Positions 17,415 to 27,236 are shown, counted from the stretch's first letter. The stretch is DNA of 64,000 nt from a bacterium (GCA_021836035.1 JAKBJL010000002.1:3691-67690), one strand, 5' to 3'. Translations and numbers: made by a program. The notes: a model not told the origin generated them from the sequence alone.

Positions 17415-18594
17415 GGCCCAAAAGATCCTTAGCTATTTTCTGTTCGCTCCACGGAATTTCTTTGCCCCCGATATTCATCGACCGCTGGTGGCCGACGCCG
17501 GTTAAAAGGACTACATCTCCGGGTTTAGCAAGTTCTATTGCCTGTTTAATCGCTTCTTTCCTTTGGGCAAAGCGGAGGTAATATTTCCGCTTCTCGTCAG
17601 GGAAGCTGCCGCCGAAATTAAAGACTTTGCCGTTAATCCCCTTTTCAATTTGGCTGATAATTACTGAGGGGTCTTCCGCATAAGTATCCTCGTGGGTAAG
17701 CATAATTACGTCATCGTATTGCGAAGCAATTTGCCCCATCAGCGGCCTTTTGCTCTTATCACGATCGCCGGTCGCCCCGAATACATGAATCAGGCGACCG
17801 TTTTTCCCCAATAAGTTTCGTGCTTCCGGTAAAACCTTTCCGAAGGCCTGGGGTGTGTGGGCAAAATCTACAATCACGGTAAAGGGGCGGCGGTTTACAA
17901 TCTCCATTCTCCCCGAGAGCGGTTCAAAAGTGCCGACCGCTTTGCTGATCACTTCCGCCTCAATGCCCAAAATCTTAGCGGCGGCTATCGCGGCCAAAAG
18001 ATTATATTCGTTGAACTCGCCGATTAGTTTTGACCGGCAGGGAAAATTTTGCGAATTTATGTCCGCCGGCTGGTAAATACCGTATGTTAAATAGCGGTCC
18101 CGCCTTAAGCCCGCTAAAAGCCGCGCGGAGGACAAATCGTCCGCGTTAACGATTATTTTTCGGCAGGATTTTAGAAATTTTATCTTGGTATTCCGATATC
18201 GCTCAAAAGTTCCGTGATAATCCAGATGTTCGTGGTCGGCTATATTGGTCAAAACCCCCACCTGAAAATTTATTCCCCAAACCCGATATTGATCGATGGC
18301 ATGGGAAGAAACCTCCAGGACGATATGGGTACATCCGCCGTTTTTCGCAGTAGCTAAAAATTTTTGGACTTTCCATCTGCCCGGGGTCGTCGTATGCAGG
18401 CCGGAAAGGGTAGACAAAATACCGGTCCGGTACCCGGCGGCGGTCAAAATGTGGTGGATTAAGTTCGTGGTGGTAGTTTTTCCGTCGGTCCCGGTAACTC
18501 CGATGATAACCAAATTCCGCGAGGGAAAGCCGAAAGCCAGTGCCGCTACCACCGCTTCCAGCAGGTGAAAGATGTTTTTAACCCTTTGTAGCAT
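17398..18594 (-). CDS. murE: MurE-type tripeptide ligase lacking the N-terminal domain
   Basis: GVTGTDGKTTT, TTP, LEVSSH, EHLDYHG, DFAHTP, FGATGDRDKSKRP. Confidence 0.9.
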   Translation of the reverse strand: MLQRVKNIFHLLEAVVAALAFGFPSRNLVIIGVTGTDGKTTTTNLIHHILTAAGYRTGILSTLSGLHTTTPGRWKVQKFLATAKNGGCTHIVLEVSSHAIDQYRVWGINFQVGVLTNIADHEHLDYHGTFERYRNTKIKFLKSCRKIIVNADDLSSARLLAGLRRDRYLTYGIYQPADINSQNFPCRSKLIGEFNEYNLLAAIAAAKILGIEAEVISKAVGTFEPLSGRMEIVNRRPFTVIVDFAHTPQAFGKVLPEARNLLGKNGRLIHVFGATGDRDKSKRPLMGQIASQYDDVIMLTHEDTYAEDPSVIISQIEKGINGKVFNFGGSFPDEKRKYYLRFAQRKEAIKQAIELAKPGDVVLLTGVGHQRSMNIGGKEIPWSEQKIAKDLLGHADHR

Positions 18595-18616
18595 GCCGAC
18601 AGTCTATTTTATCACC

Positions 18617-20368
18617 TTACGGACTTATTCCATAATAGAGCAGAAGGTCATGGGCAATGGCAAAAAAGATCGGGCCGGCGGTATCCGAGCCCCAAGGACG
18701 AACCGCCGGTTCATTCAGTTTGACCAGCAAGAGAAATTTAGGATTGTCCGCCGGGGCAAAACCGATAACGGAACCGATGGTTTTACCTTGCGCGTAATGA
18801 CCCGCGATGGCAATCTGGGCGGTACCGGATTTAGCGGCAATTTTGAAACGGGACAATCCGGCTATCCGGTCGCGGGGAAAATGCAGCGGGCTTTTTTCCG
18901 TGACGCTGACCATCATTTCCGCTATGGTCTTGGTAGTAGCTTCGGAAAGAACCCGCGGGCCGATTTTCGGTTTAATCTCTACCGCCCGATCACCATCCCG
19001 GACGCTGGTAACCACCTGCGGCGTTACCAACATCCCCCCGTTAGCCAAGGCGCAGTAGCCGCGTATCATCTGGACGGCTGTAACCGCGATCCCCTGGCCG
19101 AAAGTAAGCGTCGCCAAATCCAGCGGATACCAGTCCTTCCCCGGATCAAAAGTCCCCGCCTCTTCTCCCTGAAGATCGATGCCGGTTTTTCCTCCGAATC
19201 CGTAGATATCCAGATAGTGCAGCAGTTTTTCTTTTCCCAGTTTCTCTCCGACAAAAACCATTCCGGTATTATCCGAATTTTCCAAAGTTTCCGTCATGGT
19301 AGTATTAGGGTGGTATTTGTTGTTGAAAGTACGGATTATTCCCCCCTCTATCTGCCGGGGACCGGCACAACGGTCACAGACGGTTTCCGGTTTAACTTTA
19401 CCCTCGTTTATCGCCGCCGCCATGATCAGGGGCTTTATAATTGAACCGGGTTCGAAAGCTTCGGCTACCGCTGGATTATCGTAGTTGTTTTCCGGATAAA
19501 AAGCATAATTCGCGGGATCATATGCGGGGAATGAAGCCATGGCGATAATTTTTCCGCTATAAGGATCAGCGACTATGGCCGTACCCTCCGGAGCGTCCCA
19601 ATCCTTCATACCGGCCTGGAGCTTTTCCTCTACAATTTGCTGGACATTTCGGTCCACGGAGGTAAGCAGGCTCCTGCCGTCTTCCGAGGGCTCGTTAAAT
19701 TCGCTACCGATGGCGATCGGCCGGTTAAAAGCGTCTCTCTCCAGCTTTTTCAGTCCCGGACGGCCGGCCAGCTCCCGGTCATAGTAACCCTCCAGGCCGA
19801 AATAACCTTTGGGCGTTCCGTTCTCGTCGGAACCGACAAAACCGAATAATTGGGCCGCCATAGAAGCTTCGGGGTAAAATCTGGTTTGCTCTTCTTCGAA
19901 ACCCAACCCGCCAACCTTAAGGTTGGCGATTTCCTCTTTGGTTTTCCGGCTCAAATTGTGGCGCAGAACCGTCCAAAACGACCCTTCCTGTCCCAACAGC
20001 CTGGTAAGGTTCTCCTTTAGGTCGGAGGCCACTTTTTGCGGTTCTGCCGAGTCAGTTGCCGGTATGTTCATGTCGGCCATGAGAAGCGGAGTCAATTTTT
20101 CCGCCGTCTCCGCCGGGTTATTTTTAAAGAGCCGCAGGTCGGCATAAAGCATGAAAGCCGGCTGATTGGCTACCAGGACATTGTTGTCGGCAGAAAGGAT
20201 TTCTCCTCTTTTGGCCGGAATCACCAAAGTACTGAAGTGTTGCGCGTCGGCAATAGCCGCTAAACTGTCAGCCGAACGAATTTGCCAAAAAAAAAGCCGT
20301 AAGGCGATAATGGCGAAACCCAGAATAAATAACAACGAAAGGGCGCGCAGGCGGACGGAAAAACTCAT
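18617..20368 (-). CDS. ftsI: Class B penicillin-binding protein (FtsI-like)
   Basis: N-terminal TM; SxxK (SIIK), SxN (SDN), KSG; dcw position. Confidence 0.9.
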   Translation of the reverse strand: MSFSVRLRALSLLFILGFAIIALRLFFWQIRSADSLAAIADAQHFSTLVIPAKRGEILSADNNVLVANQPAFMLYADLRLFKNNPAETAEKLTPLLMADMNIPATDSAEPQKVASDLKENLTRLLGQEGSFWTVLRHNLSRKTKEEIANLKVGGLGFEEEQTRFYPEASMAAQLFGFVGSDENGTPKGYFGLEGYYDRELAGRPGLKKLERDAFNRPIAIGSEFNEPSEDGRSLLTSVDRNVQQIVEEKLQAGMKDWDAPEGTAIVADPYSGKIIAMASFPAYDPANYAFYPENNYDNPAVAEAFEPGSIIKPLIMAAAINEGKVKPETVCDRCAGPRQIEGGIIRTFNNKYHPNTTMTETLENSDNTGMVFVGEKLGKEKLLHYLDIYGFGGKTGIDLQGEEAGTFDPGKDWYPLDLATLTFGQGIAVTAVQMIRGYCALANGGMLVTPQVVTSVRDGDRAVEIKPKIGPRVLSEATTKTIAEMMVSVTEKSPLHFPRDRIAGLSRFKIAAKSGTAQIAIAGHYAQGKTIGSVIGFAPADNPKFLLLVKLNEPAVRPWGSDTAGPIFFAIAHDLLLYYGISP

Positions 20369-20694
20369 GGCAGCTTAGCTGCAAGCGGCAAAGAAATATT
20401 TACATAAACCGCTTTTTCGGCCGGAACAAATCCCATGGCGGAAGCTTCGATACGGATTTTGACCAGAGATTTGGCCGCGGTTACCTGCTGTGATAAAAGT
20501 TCCTTTTGGGCAAGCAGCTCCGCTCGGCGGGTTTCTAAACGATGCAGCTTTTCCGAGGCTTCCACCAGCTGATTAGCGACCATGATGCGGATGGTACAGA
20601 CCAGGCCTAAAATCAGGAGAATAACCGCGGTGGTCCAAAGCCCCCGCCGGTCCCTTTTTTGCTGTTGTTCCAGATATAATTTTTTCATCAGCAT
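20365..20694 (-). CDS. FtsL-like bitopic protein
   Basis: TM plus coiled coil plus AxxMG tail, located between rsmH and the PBP gene. Confidence 0.7.
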   Translation of the reverse strand: MLMKKLYLEQQQKRDRRGLWTTAVILLILGLVCTIRIMVANQLVEASEKLHRLETRRAELLAQKELLSQQVTAAKSLVKIRIEASAMGFVPAEKAVYVNISLPLAAKLP

Positions 20695-20719
20695 ACCTTC
20701 TGCCTTAAGGTTAATTTCC

Positions 20720-21604
20720 CTACTCCTTAACGGTTTTTTCCGCCGCTCTCAATTTCGCGCTGCGGGCCCGGGGATTAATTCTTATTTCCTCAGGCGTAGC
20801 GGCGAGCGGTTTTTCCGTTAAAACTTTTAAAACCGCCTGGCCCCGAAAATAATCTTTCACGATCCGGTCCTCCAGAGAATGAAAGCTGATAACTACCAAC
20901 CTTCCGTCCTTTTTTAAAAGTTCCTGCGCTTGCGGCAAAACAGCCTTCAGGCAATTAATTTCATCATTAACCGCAATCCGCAACGCCTGAAAAACCAAAG
21001 TTGCCGGATGTATTTTACCCTGCCGCTTGCCGACCACCCGGCTGACAATTTCCGCTAACTGTGCCGTGGTGGTAATTTTCCCCGTCTTCCTTTGCCGTAC
21101 TATCGCCCGGGCTAACGCTTGGGCGAATGGTTCCTCTCCGTAAACCCGGAACAGTTTCGCCAACTCTTCCCGGCCCAGACCGTTAAGCAAATCCGCTGCC
21201 GTTGCCGTTTCCACGGTTTGATCCATGCGCATGTCTAAAGGCGCGTCCTGACGAAAACTAAAACCCCGTCCGGCAGATTCCACCTGATAGCCGGATAATC
21301 CTAAGTCCAGTAATATTCCGGCAACCTGGGAAAAATTGGCTTCCGCCGCTATTTCCTTTAAATGTGCAAAGTTCCCGTAGGTTATCACCAGTCGGGAATT
21401 CGGGACTGGGAATTCGGGATTTGATTTAACATATTCCAGAGCCTCTTTATCTTGATCAATTCCCAATACTTTCCCCCCCGCATGGATAATCGCCCAGGTA
21501 TGTCCCCCTCCGCCCAAAGTCGCGTCGATATATTTCTCACCCGGACGAACGTTTAAAAACTCCAAGGTTTCTTTTAAAAGAACCGGAACGTGGAACTGTT
21601 CCAT
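20720..21604 (-). CDS. rsmH: 16S rRNA m4C1402 methyltransferase
   Basis: HVPVLL, DATLGGGGH, PLDMRMD, SFHSLEDR, NPRARSAKLR. Confidence 0.97.
   Translation of the reverse strand: MEQFHVPVLLKETLEFLNVRPGEKYIDATLGGGGHTWAIIHAGGKVLGIDQDKEALEYVKSNPEFPVPNSRLVITYGNFAHLKEIAAEANFSQVAGILLDLGLSGYQVESAGRGFSFRQDAPLDMRMDQTVETATAADLLNGLGREELAKLFRVYGEEPFAQALARAIVRQRKTGKITTTAQLAEIVSRVVGKRQGKIHPATLVFQALRIAVNDEINCLKAVLPQAQELLKKDGRLVVISFHSLEDRIVKDYFRGQAVLKVLTEKPLAATPEEIRINPRARSAKLRAAEKTVKE
21394..21421. repeat. Degenerate heptamer tandem repeat inside rsmH
   Basis: gggaatt cgggact gggaatt cgggatt. Confidence 0.6.
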
Positions 21605-21608
21605 GGGC

Positions 21609-22019
21609 CTATGAGACCGTCTCTTTAAGCTTGTCCCTCATCTGCGTCCAATTAGCCTTATTCCAAATTTCAAAATGATCCCCGGCTCCGATGACTACAA
21701 TATCCTGGGAAAGATCCGCAAATTCCCTTAAATTAGCCGGTACGCTGAATCTTCCCTGCGGATCCATTTCTACCTCTTCGGCGGCGGAAAAAATCTGCCG
21801 CCTGATTATCCTTCCGTCGGCCGTGAATACCGGCCGGTCAAATCCCGCCTGGATAATTTTTTCCCACCCTTCGGGGGAAAATCCGAATATGCACTTGTCA
21901 AATCCGGTAGATAAAATCAGGTTGTCGTCGTTTAAAACTCTTCTGATCTTGGCTGGCAGCGCCAGTTGCCCTCCGGCCAAGAGCTTTGGCTCATAGGTTC
22001 CTAAGAAATATTTGTTCAC
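21609..22019 (-). CDS. mraZ: Transcriptional regulator MraZ
   Basis: FLGTY, LPAKIR, MDPQGR, VIGAGDHFEIW; GTG start; heads the dcw cluster. Confidence 0.95.
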   Translation of the reverse strand: MNKYFLGTYEPKLLAGGQLALPAKIRRVLNDDNLILSTGFDKCIFGFSPEGWEKIIQAGFDRPVFTADGRIIRRQIFSAAEEVEMDPQGRFSVPANLREFADLSQDIVVIGAGDHFEIWNKANWTQMRDKLKETVS

Positions 22020-22079
22020 TAATAATCACTAATATGTACTACTTTACACTAGTTTGCCTCATTTTTCACAGAGTGTCAA
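22017..22079 (-). promoter_or_regulatory. dcw promoter with putative MraZ operator repeats
   Basis: TTGACA (22079-22074), 17-nt spacer, CAAACT; four TAGT(G/A) units at exact 10-bp spacing, ending in the start codon. Confidence 0.7.
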
Positions 22080-22117
22080 GACCCATTTTCACAAAGGAAT
22101 GCTAAAATCCGGGGAGA

Positions 22118-22642
22118 TTACGAAGCCAAATCGAGAGTTTTAGACCAGGCGGGTTTATCGCCGGAAGTCGTAATAAAATCTAACTCTAAGTCAAGGCTTT
22201 TAACGCCTTTGTAAGGCACACAACTATAGGTTGAGCAGGTTCCCAAATCCATAGTCTTCGTCCAGACGGCCGCCCCCTGCAAATCGATTGGGGTGGTAGA
22301 ATAAGCCCCCTGGCTGCCCCTATTGGTGGTCTCAAATTGCATTACGTATTCCAGGGTTTTTACCAGCCCCTTGGGGATGCCCTTGACGCTGATGCTGACA
22401 TTTTGCAGGCCGTTAACGCTTTGCCCCTTAACCGCGGTCACTTCCAGTTTCTGAACCCACTCCGGTTGGGTGGACAAATCAATTTTGTGCACGGTCGATT
22501 GCGACGGCGGCAGATGTGGGTTAGCCTCCTTCGCCGGCTGATTAAACTGGGCCTTAAACCACAATCCTCCCCCGACCAGAGCCCCCAGTAAACCCACTAT
22601 AATTACGGCAATAATAATTAAAACCTTTTTATTCATAATCAT
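22118..22642 (-). CDS. Hypothetical membrane-anchored extracytoplasmic protein
   Basis: N-terminal TM, beta-rich domain with LGTCSTYSC Cys pair; ATGA overlap with the glyS stop. Confidence 0.8.
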   Translation of the reverse strand: MIMNKKVLIIIAVIIVGLLGALVGGGLWFKAQFNQPAKEANPHLPPSQSTVHKIDLSTQPEWVQKLEVTAVKGQSVNGLQNVSISVKGIPKGLVKTLEYVMQFETTNRGSQGAYSTTPIDLQGAAVWTKTMDLGTCSTYSCVPYKGVKSLDLELDFITTSGDKPAWSKTLDLAS

Positions 22643-23972
22643 CCTTCTGATCGCTGAACTTTCCCCGCCAGCCGCTTTGTGATCTCTTCTTCCAGTTTAA
22701 CAACCGGTACTCGCTCTTGTCCAGTACTATCCCGGTCTCTTATAGTCAGCGTACCGTCCTCAAGTGTTTGATAATCAACGGTAAGGCACCAGGGGGTGCC
22801 GATTTCGTCTTGAGCATAATAACGTTTCCCGATATTGCCCCTCTCATCCCAAGCAACTGAGAAAAATTTCCCTTTTAATTGTTGGTAGATTTCCCTGGCC
22901 TGGTGTACTAAGGCTTCCTTATTAGCCACCAGCGGGAAGACCGCAACTTTGTAAGGGGCCAGGCGGGGATCCAGTTTGAGGTAAATTCTTTTAGCGTCCT
23001 CCCGATAAGCGTCCAGCAGAAAAAACAACAACGCCCGGTCTACCCCGCCCGAAGTTTCGATCACCCAGGGAATAAATTCCTCTCCGGTTTCGGGATCACG
23101 ATAACGCAGATCCTGGCCCGAGAATTGTGCATGCCGCGACAAATCCCAATTGCCGCGGTGGTGAATACCCTCAAACTCTTGCCAACCGAAAGGAGAGTCA
23201 TATTCAATGTCCGTTGCCGCCCGGGCGTAATGCGCCCGCTCATCTTCCTCATGATCCCGGAAACGCAATTTTTCCTTATTTATTCCTAGATCCGTATACC
23301 AATCCATCCGCTGACCTTTCCAATAATCAAACCACCTTTGCCCTTCTTTATCTTCCGGCCGGATATAAAACTGCAGCTCCATTTGCTCAAATTCCCGGGA
23401 ACGAAAAGTAAAATTGCCGGGGGTAATTTCGTTACGGAAAGCTTTGCCGATCTGAGCTACCCCGAAGGGGATTCTGACCCTGGTCGATCCGAGGATATTC
23501 TTAAAATTAACATGAACCCCCTGCGTAATTTCGCCGCGCAAATAAACCGCGGTTTCCGCGCCTTCAACCACCCCCAAGTAGGAGCGGACAAGCAGATTAA
23601 ATTTGCGGGGCTGGGTCCAGACGGTTTTATGCGGGTGTAATCTCTCGTGTTCTTTGATTGCTTGGGATGATCGGCTCTTACTCTTTCATGACAAATTTTA
23701 CATTCGACAAGCGGATCGGTAAATGCCTCTATATGCCCGGAGGCTTCCCAAACCCGCGGATTCATCATAATCGCCGCATCCGCTCCCACCGTATCTTCCC
23801 GTTGGTAAACCATCGCTTTCCACCACTCGTTCTTCAGGTTTCTCTTGAGCTCCGTACCGGCCGGACCGTAATCCCAGGTGCCGGCTAAACCGCTGTAGAT
23901 CTCGCTTCCGGGATAAATAAAACCGCGTCTCTTGCATAAACTGACAAGCTTTTCCATTAAATTGTCGTTCAT
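22639..23972 (-). pseudogene. glyS: Glycine--tRNA ligase (alpha2 type) split by a single-base frameshift near 23660-23666 (true lesion or sequence error)
   Basis: Frame 1 KRRGF...WDYGP...WEASGH; frame 2 FNL...YLRGEITQG, GKAFRNEITP, REFEQME, IGKRY; restoring 1 nt gives a continuous protein. Confidence 0.9.
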
Positions 23973-24520
23973 ATTTCTTCCAAAATTCTCCGGGTTTTAA
24001 CCCGCCTTTCGGCGATCTGTTCCACAAAATCGGTTACTCCGGTCTGCGGATACTGCCCTCTCGGGAGAAAACCCAATTCCCATAATAATTTTATAACAAA
24101 TTCCTTTGCTTTTCTCTCCGCAACCGCTCGCGGGTAGGAATGACCGGCTAAATCCCGCAGATATTTTTGAAAAGCTTCATAAACCCTATCCTGGGATACC
24201 CCTAGCGGCAGTAATTTATCGACAATCTCCGTAACATAGAATAGATAGCCGACGTTAGAAAATCCCGGACTGGTGGCAGAAATTGCCTTGCTGGTGCTTT
24301 TGACCTCGCTGGCCACCTCAAAAGTCCGGCCCTTATGTAAAATTATTTCCGCTTCATTAAACAGTTCGAGATGGGGCGCCCGGCGGCTTTTGATACTTCG
24401 TATTCCCCGGGCGAGGATTTCTATTTTCCCTTTTTCCCGGGTAAAAAGGGTAATCAGCTTATCCCTTTCGGCAATATTTTTCCTTTTCAAAACTATCCCT
24501 CTTACCTTAACGACTCTCAC
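23969..24520 (-). CDS. recO: DNA repair protein RecO
   Basis: GIVLKR, ERDKLITLFTREKGKI, ARGIR; short form without Zn finger. Confidence 0.9.
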   Translation of the reverse strand: MRVVKVRGIVLKRKNIAERDKLITLFTREKGKIEILARGIRSIKSRRAPHLELFNEAEIILHKGRTFEVASEVKSTSKAISATSPGFSNVGYLFYVTEIVDKLLPLGVSQDRVYEAFQKYLRDLAGHSYPRAVAERKAKEFVIKLLWELGFLPRGQYPQTGVTDFVEQIAERRVKTRRILEEI

Positions 24521-26430
24521 AATTTTAGGCTGATTTCTTTATCGGTGACCAAATCAAATTCCTGCACCTGGCCGTTAACGGAAACTTTGTAGTGATTGTT
24601 CTCCGTGCCCGGCTGTTTTTGAATCAGTTCCTTGTATTCCCCGCTGAACTTGACCGGCGTCTTGTACCTAATCTGAATCTTCTTAATGCTCTGGGGGAAA
24701 ATATCAAAAAAGCCGTCAACCACGGTTTTTCCTAAATCGTCAAAGGTGGTATTTTTATTCTCATAACCCCGCGCTTCCAAAAGAGTGGAACCGGCCGGCA
24801 GATAAACCCGCAGGTAATCCCGGTTCGTTCCGGCAAGACATACTCCCTCCTTGCGTTCTAAACTGCAATTATCCGCCCGGCGCGGATAACGGTATTCAAT
24901 TACCAGATTCGTTTCCGTCCCCTCCGGCTTTACCGTTACCTCCTGGGTAACCGCTTCGGTAATATATAAATTAGATTTTGCCCCTCCCAAATTAGCATCG
25001 TTGATATGCAGATAATCCCCCTGATAGTTTTTGATTTCCCCCCCCGCACCCAAAGCCAAAACTCCTTTTTGCGCGTCGGCATCCAGAAGATAAAAAAGGA
25101 TGTGTTTTTGCTCCATCTCGGTAAAGGCGGTTTGGAATAGCGAACCCCAAAGCTGCCGCGGTGCCCCCATGGCCTTCTGCATCATAGACTGCAAAAGGAC
25201 TCCGATAATATCTTTACGGCTGCCGCGTTCGTAACCTTTGGGCTCATCGGCGTATTTTTCCAATTCCCAAATAATCATCGGGCAGTCGCAAACCGCCACT
25301 TTTTCCGTCGTAAAATTAGTCCCGTAAGCGGGAATCGGACCCAGAACTTCCATGAGTTTTAATAACACATGCGTGTCCATGGCGATAATCCCGTCAATTT
25401 TTTTCTTGTCTGTGGAGGTGTTATACATGGTCATAAAAGTATTCATGGAACTGCCGAAATCGGGGGAAAAGTTGGCGTTACGGATATTCCAAACGGGCTC
25501 CCGTAAGTATTGCGCTATAGCTGCCGGCGGAGCAGGCTTTCTGGTAATGGTCTGATCGAGCTTGTAAATATCATCGGAAGTATCAATGTTGATTTTCCCC
25601 TTCTGCACCCGGAAAACCGCGTAGGCGGTAATAAAACCGCCGGTGGGGCGCAGCTCCGCATCGTTCTGAAAGAGAACCAGATATTTTTTCTCCGTCGTAG
25701 CGCCCAGCAACTGGGGTAATTGTTTGACCATCGGCCGGGCCTCCGTCAGAAAATCCCCGCTGATATCGACCAGCGTTTTGATATCGGTGATCCGGGAGCG
25801 GATCGGTTTACCCTGAAAGTTTTCCGGATAACGGTTAGCGTCAATCTGGTCAATTTCTTTGCGGGTCAGCTCCAGTTTTTCCGCAATGGCGTCAACCTGG
25901 GGAGTGACTTTGTCCAAAGTCTGTACCACGGTAACAATTCGGTCTTCCACCGTCCCGCCGCTAAAAGTGCCTTTCCCCTTAAGACCTAAAATATCGGAAT
26001 AGGGTTCGACGGCGGAAACTAAAATTTCCCCCGCTTCAATCCCATATTTTCCCGCTTTGGTTAAATGAAAGGCGTCGGCGGTATAATTCCCGAGAAACGG
26101 AATCGCTTTGGTCCAGGAAAGCGCTCCCAGGTCCGTTTCGACAGTTCCCAGTTGCGTTTTTAATTCGGAAAGTTTAGCTTTGGTTTTTTCTAAATCCTGA
26201 ACTTTGGCGGCGTCTTTTAATTCCAGCGCCGTTCCGTTTAATTTCATGGCATCCCGGTAGGTCTGGTAGGCCGGCCGGACGAGCAAAAACAGGGCCGCTA
26301 TAGCTACGACAATTACCAGCGCCAGTATGCCGCCGAGAACTTTTACCATCGTACGGATAGGAAATTGTCCGGAGCGGCTATTGCCCTCCGGCGACCGTTC
26401 AATTTTAATTTCTTTTATCTCCCCGAACAT
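24517..26430 (-). CDS. DUF4012 domain membrane-anchored protein
   Basis: YLVLFQNDAELRPTGGF, RNANFSPDF, QKQPG. Confidence 0.85.
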   Translation of the reverse strand: MFGEIKEIKIERSPEGNSRSGQFPIRTMVKVLGGILALVIVVAIAALFLLVRPAYQTYRDAMKLNGTALELKDAAKVQDLEKTKAKLSELKTQLGTVETDLGALSWTKAIPFLGNYTADAFHLTKAGKYGIEAGEILVSAVEPYSDILGLKGKGTFSGGTVEDRIVTVVQTLDKVTPQVDAIAEKLELTRKEIDQIDANRYPENFQGKPIRSRITDIKTLVDISGDFLTEARPMVKQLPQLLGATTEKKYLVLFQNDAELRPTGGFITAYAVFRVQKGKINIDTSDDIYKLDQTITRKPAPPAAIAQYLREPVWNIRNANFSPDFGSSMNTFMTMYNTSTDKKKIDGIIAMDTHVLLKLMEVLGPIPAYGTNFTTEKVAVCDCPMIIWELEKYADEPKGYERGSRKDIIGVLLQSMMQKAMGAPRQLWGSLFQTAFTEMEQKHILFYLLDADAQKGVLALGAGGEIKNYQGDYLHINDANLGGAKSNLYITEAVTQEVTVKPEGTETNLVIEYRYPRRADNCSLERKEGVCLAGTNRDYLRVYLPAGSTLLEARGYENKNTTFDDLGKTVVDGFFDIFPQSIKKIQIRYKTPVKFSGEYKELIQKQPGTENNHYKVSVNGQVQEFDLVTDKEISLKL

Positions 26431-26471
26431 AAGAAATAAGGAAGTTTCATTTTAACGGATTATTTTCTATT

Positions 26472-27236
26472 TTACCATTCATTAAACATTACCAGGGGCG
26501 TTTTTATGATGATAAAAAGATCGCGCAAGAGTGACTTGCGGGCCGCATATTCCGCATCTAATTGTACTCTTCTGTCCCAGGATAATTTATTGCGGCCGGA
26601 AACCTGCCAGGGACCGCTGAGACCCGGTTTTACCGAGAGGGCAACCTTCAGCTGGCCGTTAAGCTGGGGATAAATCTTTAATTGCTCGGCAATTTCATCC
26701 CCGACCGCATCGCGCCGGTAAGCCCGGGGACCGACCATGCTCATGTCTCCGGCCAGGATATTCCAGAGGTTAGGCAATTCATCAAAGCTGTATTTACGGA
26801 TAAATCTTCCCACTCTGGTAATCCGCGGATCTTCCCCGGCATCGCCGAACTTCCAACCTTCTTTTTTCTTAAAAACCTTCATATATTGCGGATGTCCGAT
26901 TAAGAATTCGTCGGCGTCGCTGACCATGGAACGAAATTTCCACATATCAAAAATTTTTCCTCCCCGGCCGACCCTTTTGGCTTTATAAATAACCGGACCG
27001 GGAGAATCAAATTTAATGGCTATGGCAATCAGCAGCATCAGGGGAAAAAATACCAAACCGACGAGGGTTGCGGAAACTAAATCGATTACCCGTTTGGCCA
27101 GATCATAAATTTCCCCGGCGGAAACGGCGGTAACTGTCGGAGATAAAGTTTTTGAACTCGCTCCTAAAGCGATCGTTCCCGAATCTTTCGGAATTTTTTC
27201 GGCAATCCCCGGGTTTAATCCGGTCAATGTCGGCAT
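26472..27236 (-). CDS. Priming phosphoglycosyl transferase (Bac_transf family)
   Basis: KRVIDL, KFRSM, DPRITRVGRFIRKYSFDELP, GDMSMVGPR, PGLSGPWQVSGR; start uncertain. Confidence 0.92.
   Translation of the reverse strand: MPTLTGLNPGIAEKIPKDSGTIALGASSKTLSPTVTAVSAGEIYDLAKRVIDLVSATLVGLVFFPLMLLIAIAIKFDSPGPVIYKAKRVGRGGKIFDMWKFRSMVSDADEFLIGHPQYMKVFKKKEGWKFGDAGEDPRITRVGRFIRKYSFDELPNLWNILAGDMSMVGPRAYRRDAVGDEIAEQLKIYPQLNGQLKVALSVKPGLSGPWQVSGRNKLSWDRRVQLDAEYAARKSLLRDLFIIIKTPLVMFNEW

Noticed and set aside
18572-19444. 290-aa plus-strand ORF
   Set aside because: Antisense shadow of the PBP gene; the same applies to the many short ORFs opposite or inside dcw and GT genes.
22017-22051. Short repeats as a mini-CRISPR or iteron array
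   Set aside because: 5-bp units at 10-bp period in the mraZ promoter fit an operator; no spacers, cas or rep genes.
23655-23670. Programmed -1 frameshift in glyS
   Set aside because: No X XXY YYZ slippery site or obvious stimulatory structure.
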